A model generated the notes under the pieces. It searched no databases. It was not told the DNA's origin and saw only the letters and a program-made list of their open reading frames with translations. The translations under genes and the position numbers were made by a program. From sequence record MZ443771.1: 64,000 bases of DNA, one strand, 5' to 3'. Below, in pieces: positions 9,822 through 18,480 of this stretch (positions are counted from its first letter, which is position 1; each line of letters starts with the position of its first letter).

Positions 9822-10407
9822 AGCGCACAAGCAAGCGCGTAGCGGCAAGCTGGCGAAAGCTGTGAAGACAATGAGCGCTGCCTCTGCTAAATCGCGGCGT
9901 ATGACTAAAGGTGAAAAGCGAGCAATTCAGTTGCAGCCGTTCAAACCTCAAGTTGTGCCTCAGCCGCCAAAAACTCCTCTGATGGAAAAGGGATTGTCGC
10001 TCACTGCGCTGATGCGCTCGACTCCCCGCCTGATGAAAGAGAACGCGCTTGAGTGTTACGTCAACGGTGTCAAACGTGGTAAGACTAACAAAGGTCTGCC
10101 GATGATTATGGCAAACGTTCGACACAAAGATCCACTGCGTCCTAATAAAACAGTGCGCATTCACAAGCCGATGATTATCGGTCTGGATGACCCGTTCAAG
10201 CCTATTTCAAAACAAAAGCGTGTACTGGTCAGTTGTCCATGTGAGAACTATGTTTTCATGTGGGAATATGCGAACGCCGAACACGGCTGTGCGCGAATCA
10301 TTTATGGCAACGGCGAGCCACCAGACTTCACTAACCCGGGACATGCGCCTGGACTGTGTAAGCATCTTATGGCCTTAGCCGATCAAGTCAAACGTAACGG
10401 AGATTAA
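9751..10407 (+). CDS. SWIM-type zinc finger protein, basic N-terminus
   Basis: VSCPCE...GLCKHL is the SWIM CxC...CxH pattern; GGAG RBS. Confidence 0.7.
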   Translation: MAYKSLAKKPKKSKAAKEADIRNKAHKQARSGKLAKAVKTMSAASAKSRRMTKGEKRAIQLQPFKPQVVPQPPKTPLMEKGLSLTALMRSTPRLMKENALECYVNGVKRGKTNKGLPMIMANVRHKDPLRPNKTVRIHKPMIIGLDDPFKPISKQKRVLVSCPCENYVFMWEYANAEHGCARIIYGNGEPPDFTNPGHAPGLCKHLMALADQVKRNGD

Positions 10408-10412
10408 TCTCG

Positions 10413-10694
10413 ATGTTCTTTAACAACCCAGCTCCAGGTGTTATTCCGAACTATCCAATTGTGCATTCGATTAATGAGATGCACCGTCGTGTGGCAGAAC
10501 TCAATGGTGAGCTTATCGCTGCCGGTTGCACTGTCGTAGAGAACTACGGCGAGATGCTGATCGAAGTACCTGCCGGTGCGTCTGCTGCTGTAGACGAAAT
10601 CATGCAGCGTCACATCGACATGTTCGCAGGTCCTATCATTAGCGCACCAGCACGTTTGCAAATCGGAGGTGAAGATGCAGAAGCAGAAGTTTAA
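10413..10694 (+). CDS. Hypothetical protein
   Basis: 93 aa ORF in a tightly packed operon. Confidence 0.65.
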   Translation: MFFNNPAPGVIPNYPIVHSINEMHRRVAELNGELIAAGCTVVENYGEMLIEVPAGASAAVDEIMQRHIDMFAGPIISAPARLQIGGEDAEAEV

Positions 10695-11109
10695 TCCGAG
10701 CGAACCGTACTCTGTGTCGCTGCACTTTGGTCCGCACATCGTTCACGGTCACGCACAAGAAAGTGCGTTTGGTCAGGTGATGCAGAACATGCTGCTGCGT
10801 GAAATCAACAAATCATGCGAAGCGATGTTCAAGACTATGGCTGATGTTCCTGTCGCCGCTTCTCCGACGTTCGATTGCGCAGAAGTAGAAGCCAGCAACA
10901 TCCTCGCTGCTGTTCAGCGTTGGCATGAAGTCATTGCCAATGAGCCACCAGCGAAAGAGTTCGAACCGTGTTCGGTGCCTGACTGGATGCGCCCGGGTCT
11001 TCGTGCTAAAGGCCTGACCGATGAACAGATTGATAAGATCATTATCACTGGCATCGAACCGTCGTTTGAAGATCGTCCTGGCCTTGTGCTGAGAACGGTA
11101 TCTTCGTAA
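10669..11109 (+). CDS. Hypothetical protein
   Basis: 146 aa ORF with GGAGG RBS. Confidence 0.65.
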   Translation: MKMQKQKFNPSEPYSVSLHFGPHIVHGHAQESAFGQVMQNMLLREINKSCEAMFKTMADVPVAASPTFDCAEVEASNILAAVQRWHEVIANEPPAKEFEPCSVPDWMRPGLRAKGLTDEQIDKIIITGIEPSFEDRPGLVLRTVSS

Positions 11110-11330
11110 TGGGCTGTCGTGGCTGTGGTCGTCGTAGCACTCGCATTAGCTACAACGCAAGCTCTGCTCCTCAAAACGAAATCGACGTTGAAGAGGACAA
11201 TACGTTAAGCGCTGCGCGTTTGACACCTATGGGCTGGGTGCGCACCTGCGTTAAATGTGGGAAAGTATCTGACCCTTCTCCTTTTGCAGAACACATCAAT
11301 AGTCCGTGTGACTGCACATTAGACGAGTGA
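11109..11330 (+). CDS. Small Cys-rich protein (CRGC, CVKC, CDC)
   Basis: 73 aa, TAATG coupling. Confidence 0.7.
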   Translation: MGCRGCGRRSTRISYNASSAPQNEIDVEEDNTLSAARLTPMGWVRTCVKCGKVSDPSPFAEHINSPCDCTLDE

Positions 11331-12064
11331 TCATGATGAACAATCTCGTTGCAACAATGGCTGCCTTAGATTCTTGTCGCTTCTATGCGGAGAACATGGT
11401 AGCCGTACAATTCGGCAGTTCGCTCCACCATGTTCCGCCTGAACCACCTTTCAATCGGCCAATCAATTCTCGTGTGCTGCATTCGCAAATTGCGCTCATT
11501 GAGAAGTCGTTCGACAACGCGATCAGCCGAACTGATTTGGAATTTCCTATTCAGGGTATTCTGTATCGCTTCCGTTCTATTTTCGGTCGTTACGTCAATC
11601 AGCATCTTGATGACCCGTACGGACCTTCAGGTAAACGTGTCAACGCAGAGCGTCCGGATTTGCTTGTCGCACATCCTGCTCTTGTTCAGGGTGAAAACGA
11701 ATCGGATCAGGAGTATTCGCATCGTTTCATTGCGTACACTGCTGACCAAGTGCGCAGCTTTATCTGGATGGTTAGTCTCGACCCGTATGCGCGTGAACAA
11801 ACAGACTGCTTCTTACCGGTAGCTCCCTGGCCGTTCAGACTGCCTGAGAAAGATACAGCGTCGGCATTCCTGCTGGTGCATAGCGACATTCTGAACTCGT
11901 TAATGATGGCGATGCTGGACACATATAGCAATCATCTCGACCTTCATGAGTCTTTGCGTGAGTACGGTACACGTATCATATTTCCTCTGGTGGCAATGTG
12001 CCGTGATGTGATATACACAGCATGGACTGTCCCTAACTTCAAAGGACAAAAATCAAATGTCTGA
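11327..12064 (+). CDS. Hypothetical protein
   Basis: 245 aa ORF, overlapping starts and stops on both sides. Confidence 0.7.
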   Translation: MIMMNNLVATMAALDSCRFYAENMVAVQFGSSLHHVPPEPPFNRPINSRVLHSQIALIEKSFDNAISRTDLEFPIQGILYRFRSIFGRYVNQHLDDPYGPSGKRVNAERPDLLVAHPALVQGENESDQEYSHRFIAYTADQVRSFIWMVSLDPYAREQTDCFLPVAPWPFRLPEKDTASAFLLVHSDILNSLMMAMLDTYSNHLDLHESLREYGTRIIFPLVAMCRDVIYTAWTVPNFKGQKSNV

Positions 12065-12590
12065 TGTTATTCTGTTTGACAAGCAAAACGAGTGGGAAGA
12101 CTTCGGTAGCGCTGTCTACGAAGAATTTCGCCTGAACGTAATGACTGGTAGTAGCAGTGCTAGTCAGATTCCTACAGTCGCGCCGTTCGAAGACGTGAAG
12201 CACCAACTCAGCTACTCGAACATCCTGCCAGAAGGTGAGCAATCGCCTATCGTTGTGCTTGATATTCTGGTGATGGAAGTTGAGCTGGCGGAAGGTGAAT
12301 CCCGCAACTACGATGCTGATAGTCTGGACGCAGCGGTGCGTAAAGTCGTTGCCTTGTATCAGGCTCGCGCTCGTGATCTCGACTGCCACCTGACAGGCAA
12401 CTTCATCACAGCAGACCACAAGGTCAACGGTGCTCTGTTGCGTATCTATCGCAATCAGGACTTCGTGTGCAAAGGTCATCCTGAACTGCTGCATGGTAAA
12501 CCTATGGGCATGTTCCACTGCGACAAATGCGGTGAGATGCAAATGGCTGGCGCATTCCACTTGCCAAAAGAGGAAACTCAACATGGTTAA
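12057..12590 (+). CDS. Hypothetical protein with C-terminal zinc ribbon (CKGH...CDKC)
   Basis: 177 aa ORF. Confidence 0.7.
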   Translation: MSDVILFDKQNEWEDFGSAVYEEFRLNVMTGSSSASQIPTVAPFEDVKHQLSYSNILPEGEQSPIVVLDILVMEVELAEGESRNYDADSLDAAVRKVVALYQARARDLDCHLTGNFITADHKVNGALLRIYRNQDFVCKGHPELLHGKPMGMFHCDKCGEMQMAGAFHLPKEETQHG

Positions 12591-13050
12591 AGGCGGGCTG
12601 TGGCGTGTCTTCCCTGACTATGACTCGGAAGCTATGCTGATGAAGCTCGGTGCTGCGATTGGCATTGAGCACGACGACGATGAAGGTCCCGGCGAACTGC
12701 ACGTTACTCTGGCGTATGACGAATCGAACCCTGACGTCAAAGCAGAGCAAAACGATGCTGGCGAGTTCTATGCTACTGTCAAAGGCGCTGAACTATTCGG
12801 CGAAGGTCAAGATAAGATTCTGGTACTCGTACTCGAATCGCCTGACCTGATTGCAGAGCATGAACGCATTCACGCATGTGGTGCAGCCAAGTTCTCGTTC
12901 AAGCCGTATCGTCCGCACGTTACGCTGTTGAAGCAAGCGAAAGACAGTCAGGCTGAACACCTCAATCAGATCATTCAGCATCCTGGCCGCCCTCCAATCA
13001 CACTGCGCTTCATCGAAGAAGATCGCAAGGTGCTGGAGAAGCGTAGCTAA
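12583..13050 (+). CDS. 2H phosphoesterase, T4 57B/Acb1 (anti-CBASS nuclease)-like
   Basis: Two HxT motifs (LHVTLAY, PHVTL); LVLVLESPDLIAEHERIHACGA...YRPHVTL parallels T4 57B as recalled; ATG 12583 with GAGG RBS. Confidence 0.75.
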   Translation: MVKGGLWRVFPDYDSEAMLMKLGAAIGIEHDDDEGPGELHVTLAYDESNPDVKAEQNDAGEFYATVKGAELFGEGQDKILVLVLESPDLIAEHERIHACGAAKFSFKPYRPHVTLLKQAKDSQAEHLNQIIQHPGRPPITLRFIEEDRKVLEKRS

Positions 13051-13101
13051 ATCCTAGCGGTGGCCCTGTGCTGCCGCTTTTGTCGTTCTGGAGAAAATCC
13101 G

Positions 13102-13431
13102 ATGGAAATGTTAGTTAGTCTCTCGCACGAAATCCGTGTCGATGGTCAAGATAGTGCTGATGCCAAAGCTATTGCGCTCGCACCTACTGACGGTGAACAA
13201 CGTGCGCTTGAACTGCAAGAGCAACAACGCATTGCAGAAGAATATGGCGTAGACACACCCAAAGAGGAAATCGCCGAGAAAGAAGAAGATCGCAAAAAGC
13301 GCGAAGAAGAAGAGGCTAATGACAAGCGCACTAAGCCACCAGCAGATTTAGGTCAGCGCAAGCCTATCGACGATAAAGACCTTACAGCAACCGATATCCA
13401 AAATCAGCATGATAACCTGACAAAGATCTAG
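13102..13431 (+). CDS. Charged hypothetical protein; N-terminus MEMLVSLS
   Basis: ATG 13102 with GGAGA RBS; E/K/R/D-rich. Confidence 0.7.
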   Translation: MEMLVSLSHEIRVDGQDSADAKAIALAPTDGEQRALELQEQQRIAEEYGVDTPKEEIAEKEEDRKKREEEEANDKRTKPPADLGQRKPIDDKDLTATDIQNQHDNLTKI

Positions 13432-13435
13432 GAAA

Positions 13436-13444
13436 CTGTAAATA
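13436..13444 (+). promoter_or_regulatory. CTGTAAATA box upstream of the sigma-like gene
   Basis: Exact intergenic motif. Confidence 0.6.
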
Positions 13445-13476
13445 AGAGTCAAAGCAACTAACAGGTGTATTTGACC

Positions 13477-14514
13477 ATGAACAATAAGTCGAATCTCACA
13501 GGCGGTCAGATAGAAAGCGTCATGGACACAATGCTTCATGACTGCCTCCGTGAGATTGTTGAGAACACGGACATATTCGACGTTCAACTGACCTACCTGT
13601 TGAACATGATTACGTCGAATAAAAAGCGTAAGCCATACAACGCCGAGACTCGTGAACGTGCTATCAGCCTTTTGATTAAAGCGCTGTCTGTACCGCGTGA
13701 TCAGAAGATGGTTTATATTCAGGAACTTAAAATGGAGCGTAACTTCATTTATGTCTTCCTGGAAAATGTAATTAAACGGTACTACGCGGCTTATGTCGAT
13801 CTCTATCGTGTATTCATTTCTACGCAAGACTCAATCAAGCGTGAAGCGTACTCGAAGCGACTGGACGTGTTTGTCAGAATGTTTGGTGCTGAGTCACGCT
13901 CCAAGCTGTTTGTCGCGTTGTGCCGTCTGAACGATCTTCTGCCGCAGTTCATGGAGTACTTCCACTCGGTGGTGGCTGACTTCTATAGACTATGCAGCAA
14001 GCAAACAAAATTTTACGTTGATACCAACCGAGGCAAGCTGTACGACTCGAAGGACGTGCGCCAGAACTTCTTGCGTAACGTCATTGTTGCGATCAACAAG
14101 TATGACTCATCGCGTGGTGCGATTGTGAGTTATACGAAGTGGTGGATCTTGAACGCCCAGACCTGTAGTAGTAGCGAGCATGAATACGGCATCGCGTACA
14201 CTATTCCCCAGACTCAACGTAAGAAACTGGCTACAGGCGAAGACACTACTTCTCTGAATTTCTCGGTAAGTCTCGATACACCTGCCAACGAATCTGATGA
14301 AGGTGCGGACGCGTCCCTACATCAAAAAGTGAGTGACCATCATCACTTAGAAGATCACGTTGATAGCGAGAGGCGTACTGAAAAACTGAGACTGCTTATT
14401 AAGCGCGTAGACCCACTCGGCGTTGCTCGTCTAACGATGGACGTTGGGGAAGAGTTTGACAAGTTCGAACTCGATCTTATGCGTAGACACATGCAGGCTC
14501 AAAGGCTAGCCTAA
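13477..14514 (+). CDS. Phage sigma-70-family RNA polymerase sigma factor
   Basis: Region 2-like QNFLRNVIVAINKYDSSRGAIVSYTKWWI; region 3-like SLDTPANE; no obvious region-4 HTH. Confidence 0.75.
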   Translation: MNNKSNLTGGQIESVMDTMLHDCLREIVENTDIFDVQLTYLLNMITSNKKRKPYNAETRERAISLLIKALSVPRDQKMVYIQELKMERNFIYVFLENVIKRYYAAYVDLYRVFISTQDSIKREAYSKRLDVFVRMFGAESRSKLFVALCRLNDLLPQFMEYFHSVVADFYRLCSKQTKFYVDTNRGKLYDSKDVRQNFLRNVIVAINKYDSSRGAIVSYTKWWILNAQTCSSSEHEYGIAYTIPQTQRKKLATGEDTTSLNFSVSLDTPANESDEGADASLHQKVSDHHHLEDHVDSERRTEKLRLLIKRVDPLGVARLTMDVGEEFDKFELDLMRRHMQAQRLA

Positions 14515-14516
14515 AA

Positions 14517-14525
14517 CTGTAAACA
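14517..14525 (+). promoter_or_regulatory. CTGTAAACA box upstream of the SSB gene
   Basis: Intergenic motif 38 nt before ATG 14563. Confidence 0.6.
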
Positions 14526-14562
14526 TTGCTCACAAGGCAAAACTCAATATTGAGGAATAACA

Positions 14563-15840
14563 ATGGCACGTGGATTTGGTGACATTCAAGATAACAGCAA
14601 ACGCGATAGTTTGCGCGAGTCGGAAATCTTTGAAATCTTCCCTCTTTCGAAGAAAGCAAACGGCAACTGGGTATCAATCCGTCTGCTGAATCTTGACCTG
14701 CTTCCAATTAAGAAGCACTGGATCAAGATCATGGGCGGCAAGGATAAAGATAAAGAAATCAAAATCCCGCGCATGTGCGTTAGCTTCGACCCGGACAATC
14801 AGAACAAACCTCTGAACGGTATGAAGTGTCCGTACTGTGGCATCGCTCACGGTAACGACGAATCTGGTGCGCCAGCGCAGTATGACTATAAGTGGTATGC
14901 GCAAGCGATCATCCGTGACGAGCAAGCTGCTGCGCCGCGTAAAATGCCTAAGCTCACTAAACAAGAGCAGAAAACCGGCAAGAAAGAAATGGGCAGTGAG
15001 TCTTGGACTCCTGTTATGTGTATTCCGCTGTCGAACTCTCTGGCTGGCAAAATCCGCGAACTCGGTGAACGTAACATTCACACGGTCAAAGATAAGAAGT
15101 CCGGCAAGAAGTCGAAGCAGGCGTTCCAGGTCAATCACGATAAGTACGGTTGTGATATCGAAATCAAATACAACCCGAAAAAATCACCGGCAGAGCGCTA
15201 CACTATTGAGCGTGGCGATCACACGCCTCTGACCGAAGAAGAAAAAGGTTATCTGACCTGGGACTTCGACAACTGGAACGAAATCTACGACATGCTCGGT
15301 CGTCTGAACGAAGAAGCTGCTATGGCTGACTTCAAGAAGATGGACGTTATCGGCGTTAACACCAACGATGATGGTGATGACGATGAAGACGATGACGACG
15401 ACATGGCGCTTGGCCGCAAGAAGAAAGGCGGCAAGGCAGACAAGAAAAAACGTCGCAGCGATGATGACGACGACGATGAGGACGAAGATGACGACGATGA
15501 CGACGATGAAGATGATCGTCCGTCTAAGAAGTCCAAGAAGTCGAAACCAACCAAGTCTCGTAAGATGTTAGACGATGACGAGGATGATGACGACGACGAT
15601 GAAGACGATGAAGATGATCGTCCGTCGAAGAAAAAGAAATCTTTGAAGGACAAAAAGTCCTCGAAGAAATCGTCTAAGAAGTCTAAGTCCTCAGATGACG
15701 ATGACGACGAAGACGATGATGCACCTAAGAAGAAGAAAAAGAAATCTTCTGACAAGGTGAAATCGTCTGATAAGAAGAAAAAGAAAAAGTCTTCTGACGA
15801 CGATGATGATAAGCCGAAGAAAAAGAAAAAGAAAAAGTAA
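14563..15840 (+). CDS. gp32-like single-stranded DNA-binding protein with a long Asp/Lys block tail
   Basis: IRLL...HW...C...CPYC...YAQAIIRD pattern like gp32-type SSBs; adjacent to RecA; about 165-aa D/K tail. Confidence 0.65.
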   Translation: MARGFGDIQDNSKRDSLRESEIFEIFPLSKKANGNWVSIRLLNLDLLPIKKHWIKIMGGKDKDKEIKIPRMCVSFDPDNQNKPLNGMKCPYCGIAHGNDESGAPAQYDYKWYAQAIIRDEQAAAPRKMPKLTKQEQKTGKKEMGSESWTPVMCIPLSNSLAGKIRELGERNIHTVKDKKSGKKSKQAFQVNHDKYGCDIEIKYNPKKSPAERYTIERGDHTPLTEEEKGYLTWDFDNWNEIYDMLGRLNEEAAMADFKKMDVIGVNTNDDGDDDEDDDDDMALGRKKKGGKADKKKRRSDDDDDDEDEDDDDDDDEDDRPSKKSKKSKPTKSRKMLDDDEDDDDDDEDDEDDRPSKKKKSLKDKKSSKKSSKKSKSSDDDDDEDDDAPKKKKKKSSDKVKSSDKKKKKKSSDDDDDKPKKKKKKK

Positions 15841-15850
15841 TTCGCAACAC

Positions 15851-15878
15851 GGGGTAGCTTAGGCTGCCCCTTCTTTTC
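15851..15878 (+). terminator. Intrinsic terminator-like hairpin
   Basis: GGGGTAGC-TTAG-GCTGCCCC followed by TTCTTTT. Confidence 0.65.
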
Positions 15879-15898
15879 TCAATCTGGACTATCCCACA

Positions 15899-18430
15899 AT
15901 GGCGAAAACGAACAACAAGGCCGAGAAAAAGGCAGAGAAGAAAGCTAAAGTCAAAGCCAAGAAAAGTGGCGCATCGGCTGTAGCTTCTGACGATATCGGC
16001 GGCGTAGAGGTCATGGGCTTTGACCTTGCGAGTTTGATGGACGATGTGCTTGACGGCATCGAAAAGAAAACGAAAGTAAGCTCTCAGGATGCAGCACGTC
16101 ACGCACCTCGTATTTCTACTGGTTGCCTTGCGCTTGACATGTACCTGTCTGGTGGTATTGTACCGGGCGGTTGGTATACGTTCAGCGGCGGTGAGCAGTC
16201 GTGCAAGTCAACAATGACCATGAGTATCATGGCGAGCCTGATTCGTCTGCATTACTCTGGCATTAGTGTAGTGTTCGACTACGAAGGTTCAACCGATGCA
16301 GAGTACGTTGCTGGTCAGTTGAAGACGTTCGGCGTTAAAGTTGATCCGAAGACAATCTTCGGTGTGCGTGACGACGAAGACGGTAGTTGGATCGTTAAGC
16401 CTAAGATCCGTTACTATGCACCAGACAACGGTGAGCGCTTCTTCGATTATATGTCGATGCTGCGTCGTCGTCTGCCTGACAAGATCGTTGAGAAAGACGG
16501 CTCTGCGTACTACATCTTTGAGAACAACAAAGAGAACGCGAAGAAGCTGGCTGGCAAGTACGACAAGAAATGGTTCAGTCGTAACAACCAGTTCAAAGTC
16601 GCTGCGCCTGACGGTCACATGCAAGCGATGGTTATCGTTGACTCTTATCCGGCAATGCTGCCTGATCAGGTCGATGATGATGACGGTTCGAAAGCAATGG
16701 CGCTGCAAGCGCGTATGTTCTCTGACGGCATCAAACGTTTCCGTGGCGGTATGCGTCGTAAGATGATGACCATCGTTGGCGTTAACCAGTTGCGTCAGAA
16801 ACCTGCTGTAATGTTCGGCAGCCCTGAGTATGAGCCCGGTGGCGATGCGTTGAAGTTCTACTGCTTCGACCGTGATACTCAGATTCGTACTAATCACGGT
16901 GTGCTGACTGCACCTCAGATCAAAGAGCTGTTGGACAACGGCACTGAGGTGAGCGTTGAGTCGTTCGATGGCTACCAGAAGATCAATGGTGCGTGGAAAG
17001 TTGAAGACGCTCCGTTCCCAATCGAACTGAACGCTGGTGGACACGCATACGTTGGTAGCGCTGAACACCGCCAGTTTACTTTCATGTTCGACACAACTGC
17101 TGATGGTATGGCCGTGCTGCGTCCTGAGTGGAATACGCTCAACCAGCTTGCTCAGTACCCAGAGCAGAAAGGTCAGTATGCAGCACTGCGCGTACCGCCT
17201 GTGAAAGAACTGAAAGAGAACGTGCCTGATGCGTTTGATGAAGCAAGCCAGCTCGTTAGTAACCTGCTTGGTAATGCTGACTTCGAAAGCGTACAACTGC
17301 CTCTGGCATCTTTCGGTGATACCACGTTCGCAGCGAACGTACTGACCACCAATATGATTGGCGATCAGGACGATGTTCACACGTTCTCTTTGTGGGCACG
17401 TCACCTGCTGTCTATCGGTATCTACGCGTATGCTGACGAAAGCGGTCTGCACATTCCGGGTCTGAACAAACATGAACTGGAAGCGGCTGTAGCGCAAGAC
17501 GAACTCGGTGCGTTTGCTGGTATCAGCTTCGAAGCCACCAGCCGTCAACGTCAAACGCAGATGCTGTCTGTTATCGCTGACGTGTTCCCTGAACTGACTC
17601 GCTACGTTTTGGACTATCAGTTGCAGACAGGTCAGGATAAAATCTATCTGGGCCCAGAACAAGACTTCGCTCAGGCACTCGATCTGATTCTGCACAAACA
17701 GATTGAAGGTTACGATGACCTGTACGATCTGCTGATGCAGCAACTGGCCTACGTTGAAGACTGGTACAACTTCGACAACTCAATCGTTCCTGTTCCGTTC
17801 ACGCTGAAAGCTATCGTGAATCCGACTGAGTTCTGGGATGTGAACGTTGCCGAAACGTCTGTGGTGATCACTAACGGCTTCGTCAGTCACAACTCTGACG
17901 TGCGTGTGCGTCTGGCCTCTCGTGCTGTTCCTGAAGGTTGGCCGAAACTCAAAGACGCTCCAGGCATCGTTGGTGAGAAGTCTGTTACTGTCGAAGGCGG
18001 CACTGACCGCTATCGTTTCATTGCTGCTAAGACCATCAAGAACAAGATGGGTGGCATCCCTAACCAGAGCACTTGGCTGCGCTTGTGGGAAGCTGACGGC
18101 AACGGTGAAGCGCGCGGCTTTGACCCAGTGTTTGATACGTGGCACTATCTGAAAACTCTCGGCCTGATTAACGGTACTCGTAAGAGCTTCAAGATCAAAG
18201 CGCCTTGCCCGCTCGCATCTGATGTTAAGATGGACTGGGATGACTTCCGTACTCTCATCAACGGCAGCAAGACTCAGGTTGTCGATGTGTGTAAGAAACT
18301 GAAAGTCAAACCTGCTGGCTTGCGTCTGTGGTGCTTCAAGTTCGTGCAGTCCACCAAGGGCAACGAGATGTTGAAGAACGCTATCAGTAAGTCGGCGAAG
18401 TCTTCTAACGACGATGACGACGACGAGTAA
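15899..18430 (+). CDS. recA: RecA/UvsX-like recombinase containing an intein
   Basis: ISTGCLALD, variant Walker A GGEQSCKST, Walker B IVDS, MALQARMFS, NQLRQK, GGDALKFY and KTIKNK motifs. Confidence 0.9.
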   Translation: MAKTNNKAEKKAEKKAKVKAKKSGASAVASDDIGGVEVMGFDLASLMDDVLDGIEKKTKVSSQDAARHAPRISTGCLALDMYLSGGIVPGGWYTFSGGEQSCKSTMTMSIMASLIRLHYSGISVVFDYEGSTDAEYVAGQLKTFGVKVDPKTIFGVRDDEDGSWIVKPKIRYYAPDNGERFFDYMSMLRRRLPDKIVEKDGSAYYIFENNKENAKKLAGKYDKKWFSRNNQFKVAAPDGHMQAMVIVDSYPAMLPDQVDDDDGSKAMALQARMFSDGIKRFRGGMRRKMMTIVGVNQLRQKPAVMFGSPEYEPGGDALKFYCFDRDTQIRTNHGVLTAPQIKELLDNGTEVSVESFDGYQKINGAWKVEDAPFPIELNAGGHAYVGSAEHRQFTFMFDTTADGMAVLRPEWNTLNQLAQYPEQKGQYAALRVPPVKELKENVPDAFDEASQLVSNLLGNADFESVQLPLASFGDTTFAANVLTTNMIGDQDDVHTFSLWARHLLSIGIYAYADESGLHIPGLNKHELEAAVAQDELGAFAGISFEATSRQRQTQMLSVIADVFPELTRYVLDYQLQTGQDKIYLGPEQDFAQALDLILHKQIEGYDDLYDLLMQQLAYVEDWYNFDNSIVPVPFTLKAIVNPTEFWDVNVAETSVVITNGFVSHNSDVRVRLASRAVPEGWPKLKDAPGIVGEKSVTVEGGTDRYRFIAAKTIKNKMGGIPNQSTWLRLWEADGNGEARGFDPVFDTWHYLKTLGLINGTRKSFKIKAPCPLASDVKMDWDDFRTLINGSKTQVVDVCKKLKVKPAGLRLWCFKFVQSTKGNEMLKNAISKSAKSSNDDDDDE
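16862..17893 (+). mobile_element. Intein (344 aa) in RecA, inserted at KFY|SD; central domain degenerate
   Basis: Starts CFDRDT, block B SAEH, block F WDVNV, ends SHN followed by Ser; removal restores GGDALKFYSDVRVRL. Confidence 0.9.
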
Positions 18431-18437
18431 CACACGC

Positions 18438-18464
18438 GGGAGGGCTTCGGCTCTCCCATCTTTT
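18438..18464 (+). terminator. Intrinsic terminator with C(UUCG)G loop
   Basis: GGGAGGGC-TTCG-GCTCTCCC then ATCTTTT. Confidence 0.7.
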
Positions 18465-18480
18465 GTTTGAGGAGAATGTA

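Noticed and set aside
15355-15840. GAT/GAC/GAA trinucleotide runs as a DNA tandem repeat or phase-variable tract (also 59520-60060)
   Set aside because: Synonymous codons are mixed and in frame, showing selection on poly-acidic protein rather than DNA slippage.
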